A DNA stretch of 57,345 bases from a virus (lineage: Duplodnaviria > Caudoviricetes). The position numbers were made by a program, and so were the translations under genes. The notes beneath the pieces were generated by a model that saw nothing but the letters and a program-made list of their open reading frames with translations, was not told the DNA's origin and did not search any database. Positions within the stretch are counted from its first letter, which is position 1. Each line of letters opens with the position of its first letter. The stretch is taken from positions 1-57,345 of the IMG/VR virus record IMGVR_UViG_3300009418_002352; one strand, given 5' to 3'. Below, piece by piece: positions 10,690-20,392 of this stretch.

Positions 10690-10878
10690 ATGCCTAGAGA
10701 AATAAAAATCACAATCAATGATGACCTAAGTATGGAAGTTGAAGGTTTAGGACTTCAACCAGGAGAGGAAATTAAAGATGTTGCGAAATTCGTAACAGAT
10801 AGCATTGCTGAGGTAACAGAAACTGGACATCGGCACACGCATTTTGTAGCAGAAACCAATCGAGAAATTGCCCAATAA
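10690..10878 (+). CDS. DUF2997-like small protein
   Basis: MPREIKITINDDLSMEVEGLG beta-hairpin pattern, 62 aa, AAA neighbourhood. Confidence 0.55.
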   Translation: MPREIKITINDDLSMEVEGLGLQPGEEIKDVAKFVTDSIAEVTETGHRHTHFVAETNREIAQ

Positions 10879-10905
10879 TTAGGGTTGATATAGGGACATA
10901 AACGC

Positions 10906-10933
10906 TTGACAAGGTATAAAACTATGATAAACT
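10906..10933 (+). promoter_or_regulatory. Sigma70-type promoter with extended -10
   Basis: TTGACA-16 nt-TAAACT, preceded by TGn. Confidence 0.6.
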
Positions 10934-10970
10934 AACCCTAGTGGTTAATAATTTCGGGAGGTTAAATTCT

Positions 10971-11564
10971 ATGTCTAGACCACGTAGTAGACCAAAACAA
11001 CCAGAAACTAACGTAGCAACATTAGAAGATAAAGGAGAAGATATGACTACAGAAGCTACAGAGACTAAAGAACAACCAGAGGTAAATACTACATTTCCAC
11101 AAACCATTGGAGATAAAACCTTTCAGACTCCGGGTGAACTTGCAGAGTATGCAGCTAGCCTATCTAAGCTAATGGCTGAGGTAAAGCCAATTGTCAAGGC
11201 TACTAAGCCTGGTCGTCCCACTCCTCAGAAAAAGCTTGTCTCAACAGCTGTTGCTGAATTCCTGAACTCTGAAATGGATGATGTTCTTCGAGAGGCAATT
11301 GGAAAGGTAGAAGGTGACTTCATGCTTAGATTGAATCTAAGCGAAGGCAAGTTCTCTATGCCAGTAGCTGCCCCTCGTGCTGAAGGCTCCGGAGGTAATC
11401 GTGGTGGACGAGCAATCAACGTTGATGAGCAAGATTATCCTTCAGCAAAGAATGCTCGTGACACTCTACATCCTGATATGAAGGAAAAGAGTCAGAACTA
11501 CGATGCCATTGTTAGGTATCTGCAAGCTCAAGGACATAATGTTGTAGTAAGTCCAAAGTCATAA
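10971..11564 (+). CDS. Stand-alone hypothetical protein, possibly DNA-binding
   Basis: GGAGG SD before ATG 10971; own promoter and terminator; basic N-terminus and RGGR linker. Confidence 0.7.
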   Translation: MSRPRSRPKQPETNVATLEDKGEDMTTEATETKEQPEVNTTFPQTIGDKTFQTPGELAEYAASLSKLMAEVKPIVKATKPGRPTPQKKLVSTAVAEFLNSEMDDVLREAIGKVEGDFMLRLNLSEGKFSMPVAAPRAEGSGGNRGGRAINVDEQDYPSAKNARDTLHPDMKEKSQNYDAIVRYLQAQGHNVVVSPKS

Positions 11565-11582
11565 CCAAATTTTAGGAGGAAT

Positions 11583-11624
11583 GAGGGTAGGAAGTAGAGT
11601 AATCTGCTTGCCTACCCTCCTTTT
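11583..11624 (+). terminator. Intrinsic terminator
   Basis: GAGGGTAGGAAGTAGA-GTAA-TCTGCTTGCCTACCCTC then CTTTT. Confidence 0.75.
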
Positions 11625-11626
11625 AT

Positions 11627-12520
11627 ATGTACGAACAACTTTGGAAAGAATTGGAAGATACAAAAGAAATTCCTCATCGCTTTAATCGTTTACATATCAT
11701 GCCTTGGTATTGGATCAAAGCAGAAATATTGAATGGGATGGCACATAATATAATAAATAATCTTTATAAAGGTGATGCTTATTTAATTAAAGATGCTTTT
11801 CCTAGAGAATTTATGACTGACTTGATTAGTGATGTACATGACTATTGTACAATTAATGAAGAGTCATTCCATAAAATGCTGGAAGGTACGCCAGACTTTC
11901 ATAGAAGAATAACACCAGAACTTAGTAAGAAATATAGTATAGGTTCTTGTAAGCATTCATGTTATTTTTATCATTGGAATGAAGATCCATTTAGTATCTT
12001 CCCTGATATTAATGCGCGTTGGCGTGTACTCAAATCTCTAATGGGGTTACAGTACAATGAATACGAGGATAATACACCAAAGGATGGAGTAGTAGACCGT
12101 ATTCAAGTAGTAAGATATCCTCCACAGATAGGCTACCTAGAACCCCATGTAGATGCTCATCAACATCAGCGTCTTATTTTTTCAGGCTATATGTCAAAAA
12201 GAGGTGTTCACTATCAAGATGGAGGATTCTACTTAATTAATGGCTCAGATGAAGTAATAAATATTGAAGATCAAATAGATGTAGGAGATATACTATTTTG
12301 TTATGCAAGTGTTTATCATGGTGTTGCTCCCTGTGATTTAGATGTAGAACCAGATTGGACTAAGAAAGATGGTCGATGGTTCTTATCTATGTATAGTAAT
12401 GCTAGTGATGAGTTAGTAGACCATCAAGGTAATCCTTTCCCACCTAGAGCTACTGCTGCTCCCACTAAGCTATATATCCCAGAGGTATTACCTCATTATG
12501 AGCCAAAGACAACAAAGTAG
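11627..12520 (+). CDS. 2-oxoglutarate/Fe(II) oxygenase
   Basis: RYP..GYLEPHVD (HxD), GGFY, GDILF, YHGVAP, GRW. Confidence 0.8.
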   Translation: MYEQLWKELEDTKEIPHRFNRLHIMPWYWIKAEILNGMAHNIINNLYKGDAYLIKDAFPREFMTDLISDVHDYCTINEESFHKMLEGTPDFHRRITPELSKKYSIGSCKHSCYFYHWNEDPFSIFPDINARWRVLKSLMGLQYNEYEDNTPKDGVVDRIQVVRYPPQIGYLEPHVDAHQHQRLIFSGYMSKRGVHYQDGGFYLINGSDEVINIEDQIDVGDILFCYASVYHGVAPCDLDVEPDWTKKDGRWFLSMYSNASDELVDHQGNPFPPRATAAPTKLYIPEVLPHYEPKTTK

Positions 12521-13397
12521 CAGAGGTCAACACAAAAGAGTTAGACAAGGAAGAATGGATCTTGAAGCTACCTTTGCTATACCAGAGGCTAAGAAAGAAA
12601 GAATAAAGGATGGCATATATACTTTATTCGATGATGATTTCCTTCCATCAACCAGGGCAATTAAAGATTGGATACTAGAGTCACATGAAGCATTAGCATC
12701 ATATTGGATGCGCCCATCTAAAAAGGAAGAAGCATTACGCAAGCATGTAGGTTTTATGGATGGCATGAAGTATATGGCAACAATACTTCTATCAGAGTTA
12801 GTAGCAGACCAAGGTAAGTCATTAGAAGAAATGATAATGATAGACTTGGCTCCATTAGTATCAGATAGCATAGAAGGAGAGTAAAATGATTTTAATAGAA
12901 ATTAAAGCCATGCAAAGTAATGAAGTAGAATGTTGTTTAGAATGTCTTTATTTTTGCATAGATACTATTCAAATTGATTGTAAGTGTAGATGCCATCCAC
13001 AAAATCAAGATATTGATTAAGTCTTAAAGTTATGTTAATTGATATAACACAAGATATAAAGGAGGGAAAATATGACCATCCATCTCTATCTTTCTTTTCT
13101 AGAAAGCTATTTGGTAGACGTGTCTTTGCTAAACTCGAAGATTCTGTTCTTTTAGGACATATACAATATACATTTGACAAAGAGAATCAGAATATTATAA
13201 TTTATATCAATTTTGATTTTCGTAAAAACAAGGAACATAGAGAATATGAATCACACAATTTAATCATAAAAGAATATCCATATGAAGATGGAATGGACTT
13301 AGATAAATACCATATCGAAATTAGAAAGGAGATTATTAAAGACAGTCCTCAATCTGAAGGTTTTACTTGGTCATTCTCAGCTAGAGACTTAATATGA
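12498..13397 (+). CDS. Hypothetical ORFs 12498-12884, 12887-13021 (Cys-rich) and 13032-13397
   Basis: Co-oriented packed ORFs. Confidence 0.55.
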
Positions 13398-13840
13398 TAT
13401 ATTATTTTGATAGAAGAGAACAAGACAAGAAAATATTAGAATCTTTACATTTAACTGAAATTGATAAACTTTCCCTCATTAATGATAACCATAACTACTT
13501 AGGTGAGAAGATAGAAAAGCCTTGGGGTTATGAGTACGAAATTTACTCCAGTAATAGTTTATCAATATGGATTTTAAACATTAAAGAAGGTCAATCAACT
13601 TCATTTCATTGCCATCCTAATAAGTTTACGTTATTACATGTTCTAAGTACAGAAACAAGAGTAGTATGTAATGATGCTTTAACTTATCATTTTTTATATA
13701 AAGGAGATCAGGTATTAATAGACAAAGGAGCATTTCATCAAACTACAGCATGTTTGGCTCCAGCAGTGGTTATGGAGATAGAGAGTCCTAATAACAAGAA
13801 CGACTTAATTAGATTCAAGGATAAATATGGGAGAGTCTAA
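13394..13840 (+). CDS. Cupin (mannose-6-phosphate isomerase type II C-terminal-like)
   Basis: EKPWGYE, TSFHCHPNK, GAFH, EIESP, DLIRFKDKYGR. Confidence 0.8.
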   Translation: MIYYFDRREQDKKILESLHLTEIDKLSLINDNHNYLGEKIEKPWGYEYEIYSSNSLSIWILNIKEGQSTSFHCHPNKFTLLHVLSTETRVVCNDALTYHFLYKGDQVLIDKGAFHQTTACLAPAVVMEIESPNNKNDLIRFKDKYGRV

Positions 13841-14084
13841 GATATTATTACAATTAAATTATCAGGCTTTTGATGGAAATATAACCCAAAATGATATTGA
13901 TGGTGCAATAGGAATATGCGATGAAGACTATGGAGGTAATCCTTTAAATCTAAATGAGGATCAACTTAAAGAAATATTTACAACTGATATAGTTATATCA
14001 TGGTTAAAAGAAAATCATTCAGATGAGCAGTGTTGTGCAATTGACGAGATATGTCACATGATTTATAGTGTTCTAAAAGAATAA
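13827..14084 (+). CDS. Hypothetical acidic protein
   Basis: ORF overlapping the cupin stop. Confidence 0.55.
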   Translation: MGESKILLQLNYQAFDGNITQNDIDGAIGICDEDYGGNPLNLNEDQLKEIFTTDIVISWLKENHSDEQCCAIDEICHMIYSVLKE

Positions 14085-14219
14085 TGATATTTCTGATATG
14101 TTTAAAGTGGGGAACATTTGCACTCTATGATACATTTGAGTTCATAATGAAAGGTACTAATGAATGGGCACAGAACGCGAGTTGTACTTGGCAATGGTTG
14201 ATTTAAGAGAGGATATTTA

Positions 14220-16130
14220 ATGAGATTAGCAGACTATGTAATCCAATTCCTTGAAGAGTATGGAGTAGAACATATCTTTACAGTATGTGGAGGAGGCTCA
14301 GTATTTCTAAACGATGCACTTGGACAGTCAAAGAAAATAAAATATGTAGCAATGCACCATGAACAAGCAGCGTCAATGGCAGCAGAAGGATATGCTCGTA
14401 TTAAGAATAGCTTGGGAGTTGTTATGGTTACCTCTGGCCCTGGTGGTACTAACTCTATCACTGGTTGTGCTGGTGCTTGGACTGATAACATCCCGCATCT
14501 CACGATTAGTGGGCAAGTTTTTCTAAATCAGACAATTAACGAGCATCCAGGATTAAGAACATTAGGTATACAAGAAATTAATATCATTGATATAGTCAAA
14601 CCTATTACTAAGTATGCAGTGCAAATTAAAGATCCATTAAAAATAAGATATCATTTAGAGAAAGCTCTCTATTTAGCAACTCATGGAAGAAATGGCCCTG
14701 TATGGCTTGATATTCCTGCTAACATACAGAATGCTAACATCAATCCAGAAGCATTAGATAAATGGTTAGGACTTTTAACATATCCGTCCGATGAAGCGAA
14801 TGTACATAAAGCTCTATCAGAACAAGTATCAAGGGTAGTAGAGCTTTTAAAAACATCTAAACGTCCTATCTTTCATATTGGACAAGGTATACGCTTTGCA
14901 GAGGCAGAGGAATACTTTAAGAATTTAGTTGAATACCATAACGTGCCTTTCTTAACAGCAAGAAATGGTAACGATTTATTTAGCTTTGACCATGTTCTTA
15001 ATATAGGTAGACCAGGTACTTTTGCCCAAAGAGGAGCAAACTTTGCAGTACAAACCTCTGATGTTTATATTGCTATAGGAACACGTCTATCTCTAGCACA
15101 AACTGGGTATAATGCCAAGGACTATGCTCGTAATGCTAAAATAGTTATGGTAGATATTGATCAAGCAGAACTAGACAAAGATACTGTTCCTATTGATATT
15201 AAGATTAATGCTGACGCTAAAGACTTCTTGATAGAATTAGACATACAAATGTGTGAAAAAACAGCAACAGTCTGGAGTTACTATGAGTGGTCAGATTGGA
15301 TTAATCAATGCCAAGAATGGAAACTTAAATATCCAGCAATAACAGATGAACAGAGAGAACAAAAGTCATTTGTCAATACATATCACTTTATAGATGTACT
15401 ATCAGACTTATTAGAGCCAGATGATGTTATAGTAACTGACATGGGATTTGCTTTTCAGTGTACTCATCAAGCCTTTAGAAATAAAGAAGGGCAAAGATTA
15501 ATAACTAATTGTGGCCTTGCTTCTATGGGATGGGGATTACCAGCAGCAATTGGAGCAGCTTTTGCTAGTGAAAAACCTTGTCCACATGATAGTGATGGTG
15601 CAGCCTCTGGAAGTTGTCCTTCTTGTTTAGCTATTAGTAAGGCACCACATAATAAGATTAGAGGTAGAGTTATATGTATAGCAGGTGATGGTGGACTTCA
15701 AATGACGATACAGGAAATGGCTACTATTAATCATCATCAACTACCTATTAAGTTATTCGTATTTAACAATGAAGGTTATACTACACTTAAGCAAACATAT
15801 GAACTTGGATTTGAAGGTAGATTAATGGGTGTTAATGAAAGTTCCGGGCTTTCATTTCCTAGTTTTGGACAAATTGCTTCTGCTTATGGGTTTAAACATC
15901 TGATACTAGGAGACCATATAGGATTAAAAGAAATTACAAAAGCAGTTATTGATGAAAGAGGACCAATATTGTGTCAACTGCTAGTAGACCCTGATCAAAG
16001 ACAGATGCCAATGGCTATTAACAGAAGAAATGAAGATGGCAGCTTTAATCCTACTTCAATAGAAGATGCGTGGCCCTTTCTAGACCCTGAAGAAGTTAAA
16101 CAAAATCTGGAAATAGCGAATGGAATGTAG
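14220..16130 (+). CDS. Thiamine-pyrophosphate enzyme, acetolactate synthase superfamily (YerE-like type found in sugar loci)
   Basis: HHEQAASMAAEGYAR, TSGPGGTN, SMGWGLPAAIGA, GDGG...NNEGY TPP motif. Confidence 0.9.
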   Translation: MRLADYVIQFLEEYGVEHIFTVCGGGSVFLNDALGQSKKIKYVAMHHEQAASMAAEGYARIKNSLGVVMVTSGPGGTNSITGCAGAWTDNIPHLTISGQVFLNQTINEHPGLRTLGIQEINIIDIVKPITKYAVQIKDPLKIRYHLEKALYLATHGRNGPVWLDIPANIQNANINPEALDKWLGLLTYPSDEANVHKALSEQVSRVVELLKTSKRPIFHIGQGIRFAEAEEYFKNLVEYHNVPFLTARNGNDLFSFDHVLNIGRPGTFAQRGANFAVQTSDVYIAIGTRLSLAQTGYNAKDYARNAKIVMVDIDQAELDKDTVPIDIKINADAKDFLIELDIQMCEKTATVWSYYEWSDWINQCQEWKLKYPAITDEQREQKSFVNTYHFIDVLSDLLEPDDVIVTDMGFAFQCTHQAFRNKEGQRLITNCGLASMGWGLPAAIGAAFASEKPCPHDSDGAASGSCPSCLAISKAPHNKIRGRVICIAGDGGLQMTIQEMATINHHQLPIKLFVFNNEGYTTLKQTYELGFEGRLMGVNESSGLSFPSFGQIASAYGFKHLILGDHIGLKEITKAVIDERGPILCQLLVDPDQRQMPMAINRRNEDGSFNPTSIEDAWPFLDPEEVKQNLEIANGM

Positions 16131-16237
16131 TAATTGCTTATCTAACATTAATATAATATATTGCCCGTTAATGAAAGTATGGTTTTGCAAACCTTGTCAT
16201 AAAGCAATCTGCCACTTAATATAAATGGAGGTATAAA

Positions 16238-16774
16238 ATGACTAGCGCAATCATAGTAACTGGAGCCCAGGTACAAGATCACGAGTTTATATATCCATAC
16301 TATCGACTACAAGAGGAAGGATATACGGTAGATGTAGCTGTCAGAGGTGGGCAAGAAGTACTTGGATATTATGGAACTAAGATACCTGTGACTTGTGATA
16401 TACCAAATGTTGATGAATTAGATATAAGATCTTATTATGATTTACTTGTCTTGCCTGGTGGAGCTAAGGCAATGGAATATATGAGACAAGACCTTGAAAT
16501 CATAAATTTTATTGCGGAATTCCATGCCCAAGGCGGAATTATAGCAAGTATATGTCATGGGGCACAACTTTTAATCTCTGCTGGACTAGTTAGAAATAAA
16601 GTGATATCAGGTTATTATAGTATAAAAGATGATATTATAAATGCAGGAGGAGTATGGGGTAATGATCCAGTTACTAAGGATGATAGAATAATTACTTCTC
16701 CACATTATAAATACTTAGGTCAGTGGATGAAACAAGTAATTACTGAAATGAATTTTGCTGGAAGAAATTTTTAA
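16238..16774 (+). CDS. DJ-1/PfpI family protein
   Basis: QDHEFIYPYYRLQEEG, LVLPGG, SICHG nucleophile elbow. Confidence 0.9.
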   Translation: MTSAIIVTGAQVQDHEFIYPYYRLQEEGYTVDVAVRGGQEVLGYYGTKIPVTCDIPNVDELDIRSYYDLLVLPGGAKAMEYMRQDLEIINFIAEFHAQGGIIASICHGAQLLISAGLVRNKVISGYYSIKDDIINAGGVWGNDPVTKDDRIITSPHYKYLGQWMKQVITEMNFAGRNF

Positions 16775-17232
16775 TGAAAATTTTATTTGTATGCTATGCT
16801 AACATAGGTAGAAGCCAAGTAGCAGAGGAATACTTTAAACAACTTACTAACCATGTATATGGATTTACAACATGCTCTGCTGGTATAGGAGTTGACCAAC
16901 TAAGTTATCAAAACAATGAAATTAGTTTTAAAGTAGAGGATTCACCTTATCATCGTTCAATAGACTATTGCAAAGAAAAACTTCATATAGATATATCTGA
17001 AAAACTTAAATTGCAATTAAGTATAGATTTATGTAGACATGCTGATAAAGTAATAATGATATGTGAGAAACAACTTTGGCCCAGTTATTTATATGGACAA
17101 GATCATTCTTTTACAGATAAGTTAATCCACTGGAATATACCTGATACACCAGGATTAAGTGATGAAGAGTCTTGGAAGATATGGGATAGTGTAATGATAA
17201 AGACAGAAGAACTAGTACAGGAGATAATATGA
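16774..17232 (+). CDS. Low-molecular-weight phosphatase/ArsC-fold protein
   Basis: ILFVCYANIGRSQVAE (CX5R), SAG, HWNIPD. Confidence 0.85.
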   Translation: MKILFVCYANIGRSQVAEEYFKQLTNHVYGFTTCSAGIGVDQLSYQNNEISFKVEDSPYHRSIDYCKEKLHIDISEKLKLQLSIDLCRHADKVIMICEKQLWPSYLYGQDHSFTDKLIHWNIPDTPGLSDEESWKIWDSVMIKTEELVQEII

Positions 17233-17936
17233 GAGAATTTAATCTACTACAAGACCTCCCACAATCTACAGAACCTCGAATAGTTAGCCCTACTACTAGA
17301 ACAATTAAGAATAGAATTATTGCTTCAGAACGTGAAGGAGAATTCTATGATGGAGATAGAAACAATGGATATGGAGGATATGAGTATGATGGAAGATGGA
17401 ATCCAGTAGCAGGAAGAATCATTAAAGAATATAATATAGAGAATTATGATAATATATTACATGTTGGAAGTGATAAAGGATTTTTGTTGTATGAACTTCA
17501 CAACAGAAATGATACTTTATACTTAAATGGTATAGAAGTATCTGACTATGCTTTTGACCATACTATTGATGAAGCTTATCATGCTATCCGTAAACAAGAT
17601 TCTTTTAGAGAAATCCCATCTATAGATCATGTGTTTGACTTTATAATAGCCATTGGGCCAGTATACTCTCTAAGTCTACCAGATGCTATCAATTTACTAA
17701 AGGAAATACAACGAACAGGAAAGGGTAAGAGCTTTATAACATTAGGTGCATTTGAAACAGAGGAAGAGGAAAGATTATTTAGACAGTGGACTCTATTAGG
17801 TACTACTATACTATCAAAGGATGATTGGAGGGAAGTATTAGAGCATGTAGGTTATACAGGAGACTACTGGTTTAATACAGCTAAAACACTTAATCTTATT
17901 GAAGAGTATGATAGATTGTCAGAACTACATGAATAA
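17229..17936 (+). CDS. Class I SAM-dependent methyltransferase
   Basis: FYDGDRNNGYGGYEYDGRW, ILHVGSDKGFLL, GIEVSDYA. Confidence 0.8.
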   Translation: MREFNLLQDLPQSTEPRIVSPTTRTIKNRIIASEREGEFYDGDRNNGYGGYEYDGRWNPVAGRIIKEYNIENYDNILHVGSDKGFLLYELHNRNDTLYLNGIEVSDYAFDHTIDEAYHAIRKQDSFREIPSIDHVFDFIIAIGPVYSLSLPDAINLLKEIQRTGKGKSFITLGAFETEEEERLFRQWTLLGTTILSKDDWREVLEHVGYTGDYWFNTAKTLNLIEEYDRLSELHE

Positions 17937-18699
17937 TAAGCTAAAAGATAAGAACATCTTAATAACAGGAGCTTCTAGAGGTCTAGGAGCTGTTGCCGCT
18001 GTAGAATTTGCTAAGCAAGGAGCTAAATTAGCATTAATAGCTCGATCTGAAGATAAACTTTATGATGTTAGAATGAAATGTGAAACTCCTTCATTACATA
18101 TAAGTATCTCTGCTGATTTAACAATTGAAGAAGACTTTTTTAGAGCTATGACTGCTGTACAAACATGGTTTGGAGATACAGATGTAGTATTACATTGCTT
18201 AGGAGGTGGACTAGGATACAAAGATTATCTCTTAAATAATATTCAACTAATGGATCTCTTTAACTTAAATATAGGAGTTGCTGCAAGAATTAATAACCAT
18301 ATAGTCCCTGATATGATTGCACAAAAGTCAGGAAATATAGTGCATGTAGGTTCTATAGCTTCAAGTGAAGGAGTAGGTTCTGTAGGATATAATACAGTTA
18401 AATCAGCACTGGCAGGTTATGTTAGAAGTTTAGGAAGAGAGTTAGCACATCACAATGTCATCTGTACCGGAATTCTTCCAGGTGGTTTTATCTCCCCAGG
18501 AAATTCAATGGCTAGACTTGCAGAATCAAATCCAGAAGTATATAATGATTTCATCATCGAAAGGCTTCCAAGGAATAGTATGGGGCAAACCGACGAACTC
18601 CTCCCTATGTTATCCTTACTATGTTCCGAGGATGCATCAATGATGAGTGGATGTATGGTTCCTATAGATGCTGGAGAAGGTAGAGCTTATGCTTTATGA
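17908..18699 (+). CDS. Short-chain dehydrogenase/reductase (start 17908 or 17929)
   Basis: ITGASRGLG, catalytic Ser and YNTVK, PGG, IDAG. Confidence 0.9.
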   Translation: MIDCQNYMNNKLKDKNILITGASRGLGAVAAVEFAKQGAKLALIARSEDKLYDVRMKCETPSLHISISADLTIEEDFFRAMTAVQTWFGDTDVVLHCLGGGLGYKDYLLNNIQLMDLFNLNIGVAARINNHIVPDMIAQKSGNIVHVGSIASSEGVGSVGYNTVKSALAGYVRSLGRELAHHNVICTGILPGGFISPGNSMARLAESNPEVYNDFIIERLPRNSMGQTDELLPMLSLLCSEDASMMSGCMVPIDAGEGRAYAL

Positions 18700-18779
18700 T
18701 ATTATACTACATCTCTTTTCTGGAAGTGGAGTAGCACTGTGGGTTATGTATGGAATTGGTTGGATGAAGTTTGTGTGAT

Positions 18780-18992
18780 ATGCCATCAATACGTAGTTCT
18801 GAGTTAACTAAAGAACATATCAAGTTACTAACTCTTGTTTCTGAAGGATATGAAGGAAAAGATTTAAGCAGAATATTGTTTTGTCATAACTCAACTGTTA
18901 AACGTCTCATGTCTGACATATTCGAAAAATTAGGAGCAAACAATCGTGCCCACGCTGTAGGGATTGCCTACCGAACTGGCAAACTAACCTAG
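18780..18992 (+). CDS. LuxR/GerE-type HTH regulator
   Basis: LT...LLTLVSEGY...TVKRLMSDIFEKLGANNRAHAV. Confidence 0.85.
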   Translation: MPSIRSSELTKEHIKLLTLVSEGYEGKDLSRILFCHNSTVKRLMSDIFEKLGANNRAHAVGIAYRTGKLT

Positions 18993-18997
18993 TAGGT

Positions 18998-19106
18998 GCC
19001 AAAAAACGTTTTCTAGGGCGATTCTAGGGGGTCAAACCTGGTTTCAGGTATCAACCGTCACCTAACCCAAAATTAGGCCGTAAATCGACTGACATGCAAA
19101 TTCTCT
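18998..19106. repeat. Dispersed periodic intergenic element, copy A
   Basis: AAAACGTTTT 19003, GGGGTCAAACCTGG 19028, CAGGTATC, ACATGCA 19092. Confidence 0.75.
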
Positions 19107-19115
19107 GGGGTATTA

Positions 19116-19721
19116 ATGGAAGGACAAGAGAGACAGAAATTAATAGATCTTAACTTACTTATTAAGAATTGTACGGATTGCAAACTCTATAAGGTTAGAA
19201 ATAATACTGTTCCAGGCTCTGGCCCTGTACCAGCAGATATAATGTTTATAGGAGAGGGACCAGGTTATAACGAAGATAGAGAAGGAGAACCTTTTAGTGG
19301 CCCATCTGGAAGATTCTTAATGAGATTGCTATCTTCAATAGGACTGACCAGAGCAGAAGTATTTCTAGCAAATATGATTAAATGTAGAGCGCCAGGTGAT
19401 AGAGATCCTCAAGTGGATGAGATATTAGAATGCAGTAAATATTTAGATAGACAAATAGAGTTAGTTGACCCTAAGTTAATCGTCACTCTAGGTAGATACT
19501 CAACATCTAAATTCTTAAAGTTTAGTAATATGACAGACGTTAGAGGTCAAGTGAAAGAGTTAAACGGGAGGTACATTCTTCCTATCATGCATCCTGCTGC
19601 TGCTCTTCGTAATATTAGATTTGAAGAACCAATAAGAGAGGACTTTAAGTTAATACCAAGGATAATGGAACTACCTAAACTAAAAGTAGTACAACCTACA
19701 AAACAAATGGAGCTATTCTAA
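19116..19721 (+). CDS. udg: Uracil-DNA glycosylase, family 4 (Fe-S)
   Basis: CTDCKL, MFIGEGPG, PFSGPSG, KCR, HPAAALR. Confidence 0.92.
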   Translation: MEGQERQKLIDLNLLIKNCTDCKLYKVRNNTVPGSGPVPADIMFIGEGPGYNEDREGEPFSGPSGRFLMRLLSSIGLTRAEVFLANMIKCRAPGDRDPQVDEILECSKYLDRQIELVDPKLIVTLGRYSTSKFLKFSNMTDVRGQVKELNGRYILPIMHPAAALRNIRFEEPIREDFKLIPRIMELPKLKVVQPTKQMELF

Positions 19722-20392
19722 TGACTGAACGTGACCCAAAATATGATTTTATACATCAATACTTAATAGATATTTCTAATCTTGCTTTATCTATTTCTCA
19801 TAATGAATTAGAAATGATGGTAGATAGCTTGGTTAACCTTCGAAACAGAGAAGGAAGATTATTTTGTATAGGAGTAGGAGGTGGAGCAGCTAATGCGTCA
19901 CATGCTGTTAATGACTTTAGAAAGATATGTAATATAGAAGCTTATGCTCCTACAGACAATGTAGCAGAGTTGACTGCTCGTACTAACGATGAAGGATGGG
20001 ATACTATCTTTGAAGAGTGGTTACGTGTTAGTAAGATAAATTGGAAGGATGGAATATTTGTTTTCTCTGTAGGAGGTGGTGATTTACTTAATAAAGTAAG
20101 TGTTCCTATATGTAATGCTTTTAATACTGATAAACACCCTTTGATACTTGGAATTGTAGGACGTGATGGAGGTGAGACAAAACGTCAAGGTGATAGAGTA
20201 ATAGTAATTCCAACATTTAATGAGGATTTAGTAACAGCATATACAGAGTCATTCCAAATCATACTTTTACATGCTATAGTATTTCATCCTAAGTTAATGG
20301 TTAATAAAGGTAAATGGGAGAGTATAGAAAAACAATCGCCTTGTCCATTTTGTGGAAAAGATTTTTGTATGGAGAGACATTATGAACATTAA
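19721..20392 (+). CDS. SIS-domain sugar-phosphate isomerase (GmhA/LmbN-like)
   Basis: GVGGGAANASHAVNDFRK, LTARTNDEG, FSVGGG, GRDGG, TESFQ. Confidence 0.85.
   Translation: MTERDPKYDFIHQYLIDISNLALSISHNELEMMVDSLVNLRNREGRLFCIGVGGGAANASHAVNDFRKICNIEAYAPTDNVAELTARTNDEGWDTIFEEWLRVSKINWKDGIFVFSVGGGDLLNKVSVPICNAFNTDKHPLILGIVGRDGGETKRQGDRVIVIPTFNEDLVTAYTESFQIILLHAIVFHPKLMVNKGKWESIEKQSPCPFCGKDFCMERHYEH

Noticed and set aside
10861-10905. Possible sixth periodic element near 10.9 kb
   Set aside because: Similar alternating tracts, but short and lacking the AAACGTTT core
14220-16130. Housekeeping ilvB for branched-chain amino acid synthesis
   Set aside because: No regulatory subunit or other ilv genes; neighbours are sugar-locus enzymes
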